A stretch of DNA of 64,000 nucleotides from the NCBI GenBank assembly GCA_030390025.1, contig CM059432.1, forward strand, positions 12,772,001-12,836,000, given 5' to 3'. The DNA is from Squalus acanthias (taxonomy: Eukaryota). Shown here one piece after another: positions 12,922-25,197 of the stretch; the first letter of the stretch is position 1; every line of letters begins with the position of its first letter. The notes beneath the pieces are model-generated. The model was not told the origin of the DNA and did no database searches. It saw nothing but the letters and a program-made list of their open reading frames with translations. A program made the position numbers and the translations under genes.

Positions 12922-13380
12922 ACCTCAGCCGTGGGCAGCACTCTCACCCTGAGTCAGGTCAGTGGGTTCAAGTCCCCACTCCAGAGACTTGAGCACACAA
13001 TCTAGGCTGACACTCCAGTGCAGTACTGAGGGGGCGCTGCATCTGTCGTCGCTCGGATGAGACGTTAAAGCGAGGCCCTGTCTGCCCTCTCAGGTGGGCG
13101 TAAACAATCCCACGGCCACTATTCAAGGAAGAGCAGGGGAGGAGTTCTCCCCGGTGTCTAGGCCAGTATTTATCCCTCAATCAACATCACTAAAAACAGA
13201 TGATCTGGTCATTATCAAATTGCTGTTTGTGGGAGCTTGCTGTGCGCAAATTGGTTGCCATGTTCCCTACATTACAGCAGTGACTACACTTCAAAAAGTA
13301 CTTCATTGGCTGTAAAACACTTTGGGACATCTCGAGGCTGTGAAAGGTGCTATACAAATGCAAGTTCCTTCTTTCTTCTT
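12922..13380 (+). mobile_element. SacSINE1-like Deu-SINE
   Basis: tRNA head (gggttcaagtcccc), Deu-like core gtaaacaatcccacggccactatt.aaggaagagcagggga, L2-like tail. Confidence 0.85.
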
Positions 13381-13397
13381 TCAGCCAAAGTGACATC

Positions 13398-14141
13398 GGC
13401 CCAGAAATTGATCTCGCTCTGTTCCCGCGGGGGTAAGGCTTCCCCGCGATCTCTCACTCCGCGTGTGCTTTTTCAGATCCAGCTCGCACGAACTTGATGT
13501 TCCAGACATCAGCTGGGCAGTGCTTGCGTATCCCACCGGCGTAGTGAATTCGTGCGAGCTGTGGGATCACGTGACTCAGTTAGAGCCAATGACAGCACAC
13601 CATCTTCCATTCATAAGTTTCACATACATGCTGTGAAATCTATGAATCTTACACACCCCCAAAATAACAGCTAAACCTCAATTAAATTTAAAAAAAAAAC
13701 CATCACATTAATAAAATAAGTATAGTTAAATAAATTAACCATTTTAAATAAAAAATTAAATTTTTGAAAAACTTTAAAATCTTTTAAAAAGTTATAAAAA
13801 TAAACTTACCTGTCTTTAAAGTCTCTAAAAAAGATATACCTGTTAAAAAAAATTCAAAAAAATACTTAATTCACTACTTACCTTGTTAAAAGTGGGTCTT
13901 ACTCCTCCTTTTTCCATTTCTAAAATCTTCCGTACTTACCTGCGCGTCCAAAGCACTAAGTGCACAGCGTGCGCGCAGCCTGTAGCGCGCACGCGATGCA
14001 CCGAGGAACCGCCCCCTTTTCAAAAGACCAAGTGCCGGTTTTCAGCGCATGCGCAGTGCATGCAGAAAACCGGCAATTGGAGAGAGAATACGCGAGAGTA
14101 TGCAGTGCGTACTCTCGCGTCGCGGGATGAATTTTTGACCC
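13398..14141 (+). mobile_element. Harbinger-type MITE, family A copy 1 (744 bp)
   Basis: TIR ggcccagaaattgatctcgc / gcgggatgaatttttgaccc; TSD atc; near-identical to 43536 and 56643. Confidence 0.92.
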
Positions 14142-14189
14142 ATCAGCTGAGTACCTTGCATCAGGTGTAATACTGCCCTGACGAGCTAG

Positions 14190-14360
14190 TCACAGAATCA
14201 CAGAATCCCCACAGTGCAGATAGAGGCCATTTCGGCCCATCGAGCCTGCACCGACACATATCCCACCCTATCCCCGTAACCCCACGTATTTAATCCCCCC
14301 TAACACTAAGGGTCAATTTATCATAGCCAAATCAACCTAACCCGCACATCTTTGGACTGT
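14190..14360 (-). mobile_element. HE1 (V-SINE) 3' part
   Basis: Matches the tail half of 29830-30126. Confidence 0.8.
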
Positions 14361-14624
14361 GCTGTTTCTATAAACTTTTAAAACTTTAAATTTAATGTTT
14401 AAAAAGAGCGCACTCACCTGCTTGCTTTACCTCAAATTTAAAGTTCACAGCTATTACTAATATTCAACCGATGTGTGGGCAGATTAATTTTTCAGATTTA
14501 AGACAAGTTCAATGGTCCTCACTAGCAGTTGGTCATCTCAAAACTCCTGGCATTGAAAGTGTGAGACAAATCTAGCACGCACCTGTGTTCTGTTTGGAGT
14601 GAAGTAATATGCTTCTTTTCGATT

Positions 14625-15037
14625 CGCCCATCACCCCTGTGCTCGCTGACCATTGGCTCCCGGTCCGGCAACGCCTCAAATTTAAAATTCTATCCTCGTG
14701 TTCAAATCCCTCCATGGCCTCGCCCCCTCCCTATCTCTGTAATCTCCTCCAGCCCTACAACCCTCCGAGAACTCTGCGTTCCTCCGATCTTGGCCTCTTG
14801 TCCATCCCCAAATTCCTTTGCCCCACCATTGACAAGCCATGCCTTCGGACATCTAGGCCCTAAGCTCTAGAATTCCCCCAATATCTCTCTGCCTCTCTCT
14901 CTCTCTCTCTCTCCTCCTTTTAAGACGCTCCTTAAAACCTACCTCTTTGACCACCTTTTTTGGTCAGCTGTCCTAATATCGCCTTATGGGGCTCTGTGCC
15001 AAATTTTGTCTGATAACACTCCTGGGGCATTTTACTA
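14625..15037 (+). mobile_element. L2 3' fragment
   Basis: SPITPVLADHWLPVRQRLKFKIL; PPYLCNLLQPYNPPRTLRSS. Confidence 0.85.
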
Positions 15038-15435
15038 AAAGAAAGACTTGCATTTCTACAACGCCGTTCACGACCACCGGACGGCTCAAAGCGCTTTACA
15101 GCCAATGAAGTACTTTTTTGAAGTGGAGTCACTGTTGTAATGTGGTAAACGCGGCAGCCGATTTGCGCACAGCAAGCTCCCACAAACAGCAATGTGATAA
15201 TGACCAGATAATCTGTTTTTGTTATGTTGGTTGAGGGATAAATATTGGCCAGGACACCGGGGATAACTCCCCTACTCTTCTCCGAAATAGTGCCACGGGA
15301 TCTTTTACGTCCACCTGAAATAGCAGATGGGGCCTCAGTTTAACGTCTCATTAGAAAGACGGCACCTCCGACAGTGCAGCGCTCCCTCAGCACTGCACTG
15401 GGAGTGTCAGCCTAGCTTTATGTGCTCAAGTCCTA
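15038..15435 (-). mobile_element. SacSINE1-like Deu-SINE (5'-truncated)
   Basis: Reverse complement of the SINE core and tail. Confidence 0.85.
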
Positions 15436-16312
15436 CATTAAAAGGAGCTACATAAGTGCAAGTGGCTGGTTTTGAAAACCCTTGCAAGCCCTGTTCTGAT
15501 GGTCTTTGTGTGAGTTTCAGTACAAATGTGCAGAACAGGGCTTCCTTGACGAGGCATCGGTGTGAGCGGAAGCACATGACTCCGTGCTGTCTGCTCACAG
15601 GACTCTTAAGAACCGTAGCAATGTCAAACCGTAGTGCAGCCTGTATTTAAACCCCAAACCTTCCATTCATCTTGATGGTGGGCTGCGGGGATTATTTGCC
15701 CTGCCCACTAATCTCTTCTGTCAGATGAGCAACAAAGCCCGTTCCGACTTCAATGGGGCATTCTGATTGATGCACGTGACCCTGTTCGCTTGTCGCCTGC
15801 AGGATTGTGTTCAACAGCAAGGAAAACAAAGCAACCGACCGTAGCTGATGGCGATTGGCCTGAACTCATTTTTTTCCCCCTGACTAAGCAACCTGCGCAC
15901 AATTAAGTCTAACATCAAATACAAAGCTAATCCTGTTCAGGGAAAATCCCAGCTCACAATAACCCGTCAATTCTGAATGAGCAACAATTTCACTCTTTAA
16001 TTAATGCCCTGAATAGACAGGGAGGAACAGGATTAGGAGGAAGTGAGACTTTGCTGTTAAGGCATTCCTCCCCCTGAGGTAAAAGAACAAAAAGTCTTCC
16101 CCAACCTGTCGTCAAAAAAACCCCCATAAACCGAGAGTAACCAACAGTAGGGATTGTAGAACAGGTGGAAACAAAGTGTATTGTGCCTAAAATCATGGGA
16201 TCCGACTGGGAACTTGTCCTTTTGCAGAGAATAACATTCTTGACTGATTTCAAAATTACTTGTAGATCTTCTATAGGGTTGTTCACAGTTAGTTCAGGAC
16301 CTGGAGAGTGGA

Positions 16313-17855
16313 TTGTGCTCGCTGACTTACATTGGCTCCCGGTCTGGCAACGCCTTGATTTTAAAATTCTTAAAATCCTTGTTTTCAAATCCCTCCATTG
16401 CCTCGCCCCTCCCTATCTCTTTAACCTCCTCCGGCCCCACAACCCTCCGAGATCTCCACGCTCCTCCAATTCTGGCCTCTTGCGCATCCCCGATTTTCAG
16501 CGCTCCACCACTGGCAGCCCTGCCTTCAGCTGCCTGGGACCTAAGCTCTGGAATTCCCTCCCGAAACCTCTCCGCCTCTCTAACTCTCTATCCTCCTTTA
16601 AGATGCTCCTTTAAATAAGAACATAAGAAATAGGAGCAGGAATAGGCCACTTGGCCCCTCGAGCCTGCTCCGCCATTCAATAAGATCATGGCTGATCTTG
16701 GGCTCAAAGCCACTTCCCAGCCCGCTCCCCATAACCCTTCACTTCCTTATCTTGCAAAAATTTGTCTATCTCCACCTTAAATGTATTTAATGACCCAGCC
16801 TCCACAGCTTTCTGGGGCAGAGAATTCCACAGATTTACAACCCTCTGAGAGAAGAAATTTCTCCTCATCTCAGTTCTAAAAGGACGACCCTTTATTCTAA
16901 AACTGTGCCCCCGCGTTCTAGATTTCCCCACGAGGGGAAACATCCTCTCTGCATCTACCTTGTCGTGCCCCCTCAGTATCTTATATGTTTCAATAAGATC
17001 ACCTCTCATTCTTCTAAATTCAATGAGTATAGGCCCAGCCTGCTCAACCTTTCCTCATAAGTCAACCCCCTCATCTCTGGAATTAACCTAGTGAATCGTC
17101 TCTGAACTGCCTCCAATGCAAGTATATCCTTCCTTAAATAAGGAGACCAAAACTGTACGCAGTATTCAAGGTGTGGTCTCACCAATACCCTGTACAGTTG
17201 TAGCAGGACTTCCCTGCTTTTACACTCCAACCCCTTTGAAATAAAGGCCAACATTCCATTTGCCTTTTTGATTACTTGCTGTACCTGCATTTGTGTTTCA
17301 TGCACAAGGACCCCCAGGTCCCTCTGAACTGTAGCATTTTGTAATCTCTCTCCATTTAAATAATAACTTGCTTTTTTATTTTTCCTGCCAAAGTGCATAA
17401 CCTCGCACTTTCCCACATTATACTCCATCTGCCAAATGTTTGCCCACTCACTTAGCCTGTCTATATCCCTTTGCAGGTTCTTTGAGTCCTCTGCACAACT
17501 TGCTTTCCCACCCATCTTTGTATCATCTGCAAACTTGGCTACATTACACTCGGTCCCTTCATCCAAGTCATTAATGTAGATTGTAAATAGTTGAGGCCCC
17601 AGCACAGATCCCTGTGGCACCCCACTAGTTACCGTTTGCCAACCGGAAAATGACCCATTTATTCTGACTCTCTGCTATCTGTTAGTTAGCCAATTCTCTA
17701 TCCACGCTAATATACTCCTTTGACCTGTCTTAATATCTGCTTATGTGGCTCGGTGTCAAATTTTGTTTGATAAAGGTTCCTGTGAATCGCCTTGGAGTGT
17801 TTTACTACATGAAAGGCACTATGTAAATGCAAGTTGTTCTTGTTGTTGTTGTTTA
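16313..17855 (+). mobile_element. L2 3' end split by a CR1 insertion
   Basis: LADLHWLPVWQRLDFKIL...GPKLWNSLP at 16313-16612; tail with (ttg)n resumes at 17716-17855. Confidence 0.8.
16613..17715 (-). mobile_element. CR1 LINE, RT domain to 3' end
   Basis: PQGSVLGPQLFTIYINDL...KFADDTK; RPHLEYCVQFWSP; frameshift near 17010. Confidence 0.95.
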
Positions 17856-18164
17856 CGGGTCCTGCTGCAACCTAAACACACGCTTCTCCCATTGCTGTAT
17901 TGCAACAAATTTACTCAAGCAGTATCTCACATATTCAAGGTAAAAGTATTACATACGTTACTGGCACTGAAAGATGCAGGCCTCACAGATATAACATTTG
18001 GATTGCCATTCACCTATTACTTCACAAATTGCTTCAGATGCAAGTAACTTTGCTTATTCTTCCCTCCCCAAAACTTTGTAATTCCAGTTATTTACATTAT
18101 AAAATAGATTTTTCTCTATCTTTTTCGGGTCGACTTGCAATATCTGCTTCAAAATATTTTTTTA

Positions 18165-18440
18165 AATTAGAGCTCAGCCATTCAGGGGTGATGTCAGGAA
18201 GCACTTCTTCACACAAAGGGCAGTGGAAATCTGGAACTCTCTTTCCCGAAAAAGTTTTGAGTTTAGGTCAATTGAAAAATTCAAAATTGAGATTGATAGA
18301 TTTTTTTTTTTAGGCAATGGTATTAAGGGTTACGGAACAAAGGTGGTTAGATGGAGTTAAAATACATATCAGCCACGGTCTAATTGAATGGCGGAGCAGG
18401 CTAAAGTGGCTAAATGGCCTACTCCTGTTTCTATGTATGG
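18165..18440 (+). mobile_element. CR1 3' fragment
   Basis: aggaagcacttcttcacacaaagggcagtggaaatctggaactc...gaatggcggagcagg. Confidence 0.8.
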
Positions 18441-18488
18441 AATTAAATTTGTATGTTTATTCTTCCCTCCTCCGTTCTCGAAACCTTG

Positions 18489-19340
18489 TGGGGGATTTTA
18501 ACCACCAATGGGTTTCTGATGGGAGCGCGATGGTTTCAGTTAGATTCCCGCCTGCCCACGGCAGAATGAGGCCAGGGTCATTTTAACCGCCGTGCCTCAT
18601 TAGCATGCTACCAGCTGACATCCCACCAGAACCAGCGGGAAGTGGAAATTTGGGCTGCCTTTGGCCACCCGTCGAAACACAGATTAATGTGGGGAGCTGA
18701 ATACCGGGAGGGTCTCGTGGTAGGGTAGGGTGGGGGTGGGGGTAGGGGGAGTCCAGGTCAAGGGAGGCTATACTTTTCTTGTCGTAGAGTCGTAGAGTCA
18801 TAACGGCACAGAAGGAGGCCATTCGGCCCATCGAGTCCGTGCCGGCTCTCTGTAGAGCAATCCAGTCAGTCCCATTTCCCCGCTCTATCCCCGTAGCCTT
18901 GCAAGTTTATTTCCCTCAAGTGCCTATCCAGTCTCCCCTTGAAAAGACTGAGTGTCTCCGCTTCCACCACTTCCGTCGGCAGCGAGTTCCAGGTCCTCAC
19001 CACTCACTGCGTAAAAAAGTTTTTCCTCACGTCCCCCCCTGTATCTCTTGCCCAAAACCTTAAATCCGTGTCCCCTAGTCCTTGTACCATCAATTAGTGG
19101 GAACAGCCTTTCCCCGTCTAGCCTATCCAAACCCATCATAATCTTGTACACCTCGATCAAATCACCCCTTAAAGAAGGACCCCACCGGCTTTAGGTGGGT
19201 GCCCTTGCCGCCTGCTCAGAGGAGCAGGTTAAAATGGAAGGAGGCCGGATCTAGGAGGGACCTCGACGGGTAAGTCACCCAGTTGATTTTAACTGCCTAC
19301 CTGTGAGTTTTTGCTGGTAAGGCAAGGTTAAATTTGTCTC
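18489..19340. mobile_element. Degenerate GC-rich MITE carrying a CR1 3' fragment (18785-19170, minus)
   Basis: Left end ggggattttaac, right end ggttaaatttgtctc; nested IEVYKIMMGLDRLDGERLFPL. Confidence 0.55.
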
Positions 19341-19559
19341 ATTGGTTTCCCATAATTAGTATTTAGGTTTAGTAGGTCCTACTGAAGCTATTGTTTAATT
19401 AGCACTGCCCAGGAAGGGTTGTCCCATTACCAAGTGCCTCATAAATATCCCCCTCTGGCTTGAGCATAAACGCCAGCCACCCCCCCAACCCTCCCCTCAG
19501 CAACACAAAAATAATCACATCCCAAGCACCATTAACTAAGAATTTTTATCTGATAGCTC

Positions 19560-19905
19560 AAAGAACTTGCATTTATATAGTGCCTTGCATGTCCTCAGGG
19601 CATCGCAAACCGCTTTACAATCAATGAATTACCTCCTGAAGTTTAGTAACTGTTGTTTTGTAGGTTAATGCAGCAGCCAGTTTGTCCACAGCAAGGGCCT
19701 GCAAATAGCAGTGAGATGAATGAGCGGTTAATCTATTTTCATTGTTGTTGACTGAGGGGTGAAAGTGGGCCAGGACAACTCTCTCCTCTTCCGCAAAAAA
19801 GTGCCATGGGATCTTTGACATTCAGCTGAACAGACAGAGAGGGCCTCGGCTTGATGTCCCATCTGAAAGATAGTACCTCTGGCAATGTAGCACATCTTCG
19901 GTAGC
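19560..19905 (-). mobile_element. Degenerate SacSINE1-like SINE
   Basis: cttgcatttatatagtgcc...gtgccatgggatcttt. Confidence 0.75.
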
Positions 19906-20255
19906 ACATGGGGTACGGTAGCATGGTGGTTATATTACTGGTCTTGTAATCCTAGAGGTCTGGACTAATGATTCGTAGAGACATGAGTTCAAACCACCGT
20001 GGCAGCTAAATTCAATTAAATAAATCTGGAATTTAAAAAAACTAGTATCAGTAATGGTGACCATGAAACTACCGGATTGTCGTAAAACCCCATCTAGTTC
20101 ACTAATGTCCTTCAGGGAAGGAAATCTGCCGTCCTTACCTGGTCTGGCCTATATGTGACTCCAGACACACAGCAATGCGGTTGACTCTTAACTGCCCTCT
20201 GAAATGGCCTAGCAAGCCACTTATTCAAGAAGGCGGCTCACCACCACCAAATAGG

Positions 20256-21724
20256 GACATAGAAACATAGAAGATAGGAGCAGGAGTAGGCCATTCGACC
20301 CCTCAAGCCTGCTCCGCCATTTAATGAGATCATGGCTGATCATCCAAATTCAGTACCCTGTCCCTGCTTTCTCCCCAAATCCCTTGATCCCTTTAGCCTT
20401 AAGAAATATATCTAACTCCTTCTTGAATATATTTAATGAATTGGCCTCAACTGCCTTCTGTGGTAGAGAATTCCACAGGTTCACCACTCTCTGGGTGAAG
20501 AAATTCCTCCTCATCTCAGTCCTAAACGGCTTACCCCTTATCCTTAGACTGTGACTCCTGGTTCTGGACTCCCCCGCCATCGGGAACATCCTTCCTGCAT
20601 CTAGTCTGTCTAGTCCTGTTAGAATTTTATAAGTTTCAATGAAATCCCCTCTCATTCTTCTAAACTCTAGCGAATACAGGCCCAATCGTCCCAATCTCTC
20701 TTCATACGTCATTCCTGCCATCCCAGGTATCAGTCTGGTGAATCTTCGCTGCACTCCCTCCATGGCAAGAACATCCTTCCTCAGATAAGGCGACCAAAAC
20801 TGCACACAATACTCAAGGTGTGGTCTCACCAAGGCCCTGTACAACTGCAGCAAGACATCCTTGCTCCTGTACTCGAATCCTCTCGCTATGAAGGCCAACA
20901 TACCATTTGCCTTCTTAACCGCCTGCTACACCTGCATGCTTACCTTCAACAACTGGTGCACAAGGACACCCAGGTCTCGTTGCACTTCCCCTTTTCCCAA
21001 TCTATTGCCGTTCAGATAATAATCTGCCTTCCTTTTTTTGCCACCAACGTGGATAACCTCGCATTTATCCACATTATACTGCATCTGCCATGCATCTGCC
21101 CAATCACCCAACTTGTCCAAATCATACTGGAGTTTCTCGGCATCCTCCTCACAGCACACACGCCCACCCAGTTTTGTGTCATAGAAACATAGAAACATAG
21201 AATCTAGGAGCAGGAGTAGGCCATTCGGCCCGTCGAGCCTGCTCCGCCATTCAATACGATCATGGCTGATCATCCAAATCCAGTACCCTGTCCCTGCTTT
21301 AATCCCCACAGTACACATATCCCACCCTACCCCCGTAACCCCACGTATTTAATTGCCCCCAACATATCCCATCCTATCCCCATAACCCCACATATTTAAT
21401 CCCCCCTAACACTAAGGGTCAATTTATCATAGCCAAATCAACCTAACCCACACATTTTTGGACTGTGGGAGGAAACCGGAGCACCCGGAGGAAACCCACG
21501 CAGACACAGGGAGAATGTGCAAACTCCACACAGACAGTCACCCGAGGTCAGATTCGAACCCGGGTCTCTGGCGCTGTGAGGCACCAGTGCTAACCACTAT
21601 GCCACCGTGTTGCCCGTGTCGTCTGCAAATTTGGAAATATTACATCTAGTTCCCTCATCTAGATCATTAATATATATATTGTGAATAACTGGGGTCCTAG
21701 CACCAATCCCTGCGGTACCCCACT
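20256..21724 (-). mobile_element. Young CR1 (RT to 3' end), split by a HE1 chimera
   Basis: ORF 20350-20901 nearly identical to the C-terminal part of ORF 33029-34030; RT resumes at 21616 after TSD gtgtc. Confidence 0.92.
21181..21615 (-). mobile_element. HE1 V-SINE with a swapped CR1 3' tail
   Basis: tRNA head and V-domain gtgtggagtttgcacattctccctgtgtctgcgtgggtttcc; CR1 tail 21181-21300; TSD gtgtc. Confidence 0.8.
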
Positions 21725-21799
21725 GCGGGACGGGCAATAAATGCCGGCCTTGCCAGCGACGCCCACATCCCGTGAATGAATTTTAAAAATCTTCAGTGA

Positions 21800-22095
21800 A
21801 GTAGAATCATACAGCATAGAAGGAGGCCATTCAGCCCACTGTGCCTGTGCTGGCTCTTTGAAAGAGCTGTCCAATTAGTCCCATTCTCCTGCTCTTTCCC
21901 CATAGCCCTGCAATTTTTTCCTTTTTAAGTAGAGATCCAATTCCCTTTTGAAAGTGACTGTGGAATCTGCTTCCACTTCCTTTTCAGGCAATGCATTCCA
22001 GATCATCATAACTCACTGAGTAAAACATTTCTCATCATCTCACTCCTGGCCTTTTTGCCGATCACCTTAAATCTGTATCCTCTGGTTATCAACCC
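21800..22095 (-). mobile_element. CR1 3' fragment
   Basis: Antisense of the 4068-4290 type tail. Confidence 0.8.
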
Positions 22096-22189
22096 GATCC
22101 AGGCCATGACTCTGGTCTCACCAGGCATACCTCTACCAATGCTATGCTGGGTCACCTTGTGCCAAGCAGTGTACTGAAGATGATAGATC

Positions 22190-22556
22190 GGATGAGCAAA
22201 GCCAGGAAAAAGGGAGGCAGGGAGAGAACAAAAGGGAGAGGTCTGTGGTAGGGTGGAGGGCAGGAGTGATTAAATGACAAAAGGGGTGATGGTGTAAGGC
22301 AAAAAGGGGGTGGTAATCAGACAAGTAAAGAAACAAAAGATGGGTCTAGCAGAGCTGTAAATGGTTACAGAATGCCCAGAGAAAATGGGAGCGGTGGTTA
22401 AGATCTAAAGTTGTTAAACTGGATGCTAAGGCCGGAAGGCTGTAAAGTGCCTAGTAGAAAGATGAGGTGCTGTTCCTCAAGCTTGTGTTGAGCTTCGTTG
22501 GAAGAGTGTAGGAGACCGAGGACAGAGAGGTCAGAGTGGGAGTTGGGATGGAGAAT
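22190..22556 (-). mobile_element. Penelope-like fragment
   Basis: EAQHKLEEQHLIFLLGTLQPSGLSIQFNNFRS*. Confidence 0.85.
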
Positions 22557-24720
22557 TGAAGTGGAAGAGTTTCTACAAGTATGTAAAAAGGAACAGAGTA
22601 GCAAAAGTAAACGTTGGTCCCTTAGAGGCTGAGACAGGAGAAATTATTATGGGAAATAAGGAAATGGCAGAAACGTTAAACAAATATTTTGTATCTGTCT
22701 TCACAGTAGAAGACACAAAAAGCATACCAAAAATGGTGGGGAACCAAGGGTCTAATGAAGGTGAGGAACTTAACGTAATTAATACAAGTAGAGAAAAAGT
22801 ACTCGAGAAACTAATGGGACTTAAAGCTGACAAATCCCTGAACTTGACGCCTACATCCTAGGGTTCTAAAAGAGGTGGCTAAAATTCCCTAGATTCTGGA
22901 GAGGTCCCAGCGGATTGGAAGGTCGCAAATGTAACACCGCTATTCAAGAAAGGAGGGAGAGAGAAAACAGGGAACTACAGGCCAGTTAGCCTGACATCAG
23001 TCGTCGGAAAAATGCTGGAATCCATTGTTAAGGAAGTGATATCAAGTCACTTAGAAAATCATAACACGATTAGGCAGAGTCAACATGGTTTTATGAAAGG
23101 GAAATCATGTTTGACAAATTTATTAGAGTTTTTTGAGGATGTAACTAGCAGGGTAAATAACGGGGAACCAGTGGATGTAATATATTTGGATTTCCAAAAG
23201 ACATTCGATAAGGTGCCACATAAAAGATTATTACACAAGATTAGGGCTCATGGGGTTGGGGGTAATACAGTAGCACGGATAGAGGATTGGTTAACGGACA
23301 GAAAACAGAGAGTAGGGATAAACGGATCTTTTTCAGGTTGGCAGGCTGTAACTAGTGGGGTGCCGCAAGGATCAGTGTTGGGGCCTCAGCTATTTATAAT
23401 CTATATTAATGACCTAGATGAAGGGACCGAGTGTAATGTATCCAAGTTTGCTGATGATATAAAGCTAGGTGGGACAGTAAGCTGTGAGGAGAACACAAAG
23501 AGTCTGCAAAGGGATATAGATAGACTAAGTGAATGGGCAGTAAAGTGGCAGATAGAGTATAATGTCGGGAAATGTGAGGTTATTCACTTTGGTAGGAAGA
23601 ATAGAAAAACAGAGTATTTTTTAAATGGTGAGTAACTTTCAAATGTTGGTGTTCAGAGAGATTTGGGTGTCCTCGTGCAAGAAACACAGAAAGCTAGCAT
23701 GCAGGTACAGCAAGCAATAAGGAAGGCAAATGGCATGTTGGCCTTTATTGCAAGGGGGTTGGAGTATAAGAGTAAGGAAGTCTTGCTACAATTGTACAGG
23801 GCCTTGGTGAGACCACACCTGGAGTACTGTGCACAGTTCTGGTCTCCTTATCTAAGGAAGGATATACTTGCCTTGGAGGTGGTGCAACGAAGGCTCACTA
23901 GATTGATTCCTGGGATGAGAGGGTTGTCCTATGATGAAAGATTGTGTAGAATGGGCCTATACTCTCTGGAGTTTAGAAGAATGAGAGGTGATCTCATTGA
24001 AACATACAAGATTCTGAAGGGAATGGACAGGGTAGATGCTGAGAGGTTGTTTCCCCTGGCTGGAGTGTCTAGAACTAGGGGGCATAGTCTCAGGATAAGG
24101 GGTCGGCCATTTAAGACGGAGATGAGGAGGAATTTCTTCACTCAGAGGGTTGTGAATCTTTGGAATTCTCTGCCCCAGAGGGCTGTGAATGCTGAGTCTT
24201 TGGGCTGGATTTTCTTTGACCCGTGGAGGTGGGTTTGGAGGCGTGTGGGGGGTTAAAATTGCGAAAACTGGCGGGCGGGCACAAGCCCGCCTCCATGCAA
24301 TTTTCATTAAATCGTGTCTGCTGGTCCCGACTCCGTCCCGCCTCCAAGAGGTGGGATAGGCCGTTAAGGCCCTTAACAAGCACTAAATTGCCTCTATAAT
24401 GTCATTTTGAAAGGCCTTTGTGATTTTAACCCTTTTTCCACATGAAGCACGCCTGTTCTGAACCACGAATGTGAAACCAGACGGTAGCACATTTGGATTG
24501 CTGACTATCAGCTGCAGCTCAACCATGAAATAGGAGATGTGATCAGCCATCATTTGCAGTTGGCAGGACTTTGTTGTCTGAGGTCTGGGGGAACTTTTAT
24601 ATGGCATAACCACAGCTGTGGAAGTTTGGAGCCTGACACCCATCTCCAGTGTGACCTCCTGGGAAACCCCTCTCGCCACCTTGACTGAGTGCTTCCTCAA
24701 CTGAGGCATTTACCAGAAGC

Positions 24721-24942
24721 ATGGGAACCATTTGTTTCCTTTCCTCCTGGAGATCAGATTCGGACGAAGACCAGCCGTGGCAGCAGCAGAACCCTGAACA
24801 ACAGCACCACCAGCAGCAGCAGCATCAACAGGAGTGCCAAGCTGCTCCTCACCCACCTGAAGCTGCACAGGCCAGAAGGCGCCAGCGCACGACCACATTG
24901 CTGCCCGAGATGCAAGGGACGCACTTGACCAGATTTGCTTAG
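24721..24942 (+). pseudogene. Harbinger transposase remnant (putative N-terminus fused to C-terminus; DDE core absent)
   Basis: MG...SDSDEDQ..Q-rich..ARRRQR then (shifted frame) HIAARDARDAL and TRFA*; sits where a convergent transposase is expected; no catalytic motifs seen. Confidence 0.5.
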
Positions 24943-25197
24943 CCTGCACAATCAAACACTTTTGCCTCGCACCTTCTTATCAAACCATCGACAATGGCCA
25001 GGAACCTATGGATTCCTATTACTCTGACCACCATACTGACAATTGCAAGTCATCCTAAGCCCTCAATGTGGAAGTCCCATTTGCGAAATTACAGACGCCA
25101 CAACTTCAGCAGTTTGCCAGCAGAATTTTTAATTACACCAAGCAAGTGCTGGCATTTCAAGATTAAACACATTACACCCAAGTGACTACCCTTGTGA

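Larger units (their letters stand above)
19910..21790 (+). mobile_element. tRNA-derived SINE (family of 6930) split by a CR1
   Basis: Head and body 19910-20255; tail gggcaataaatgccggccttgccagcgacgcccacatccc resumes at about 21726-21790. Confidence 0.8.

Noticed and set aside
13883..14170. Recurrent ORF MLKVGLTPPFSISK... (also 56458 and 44092) as a gene family
   Set aside because: Lies in the MITE A arm, runs out into different flanks and has no recognisable domain
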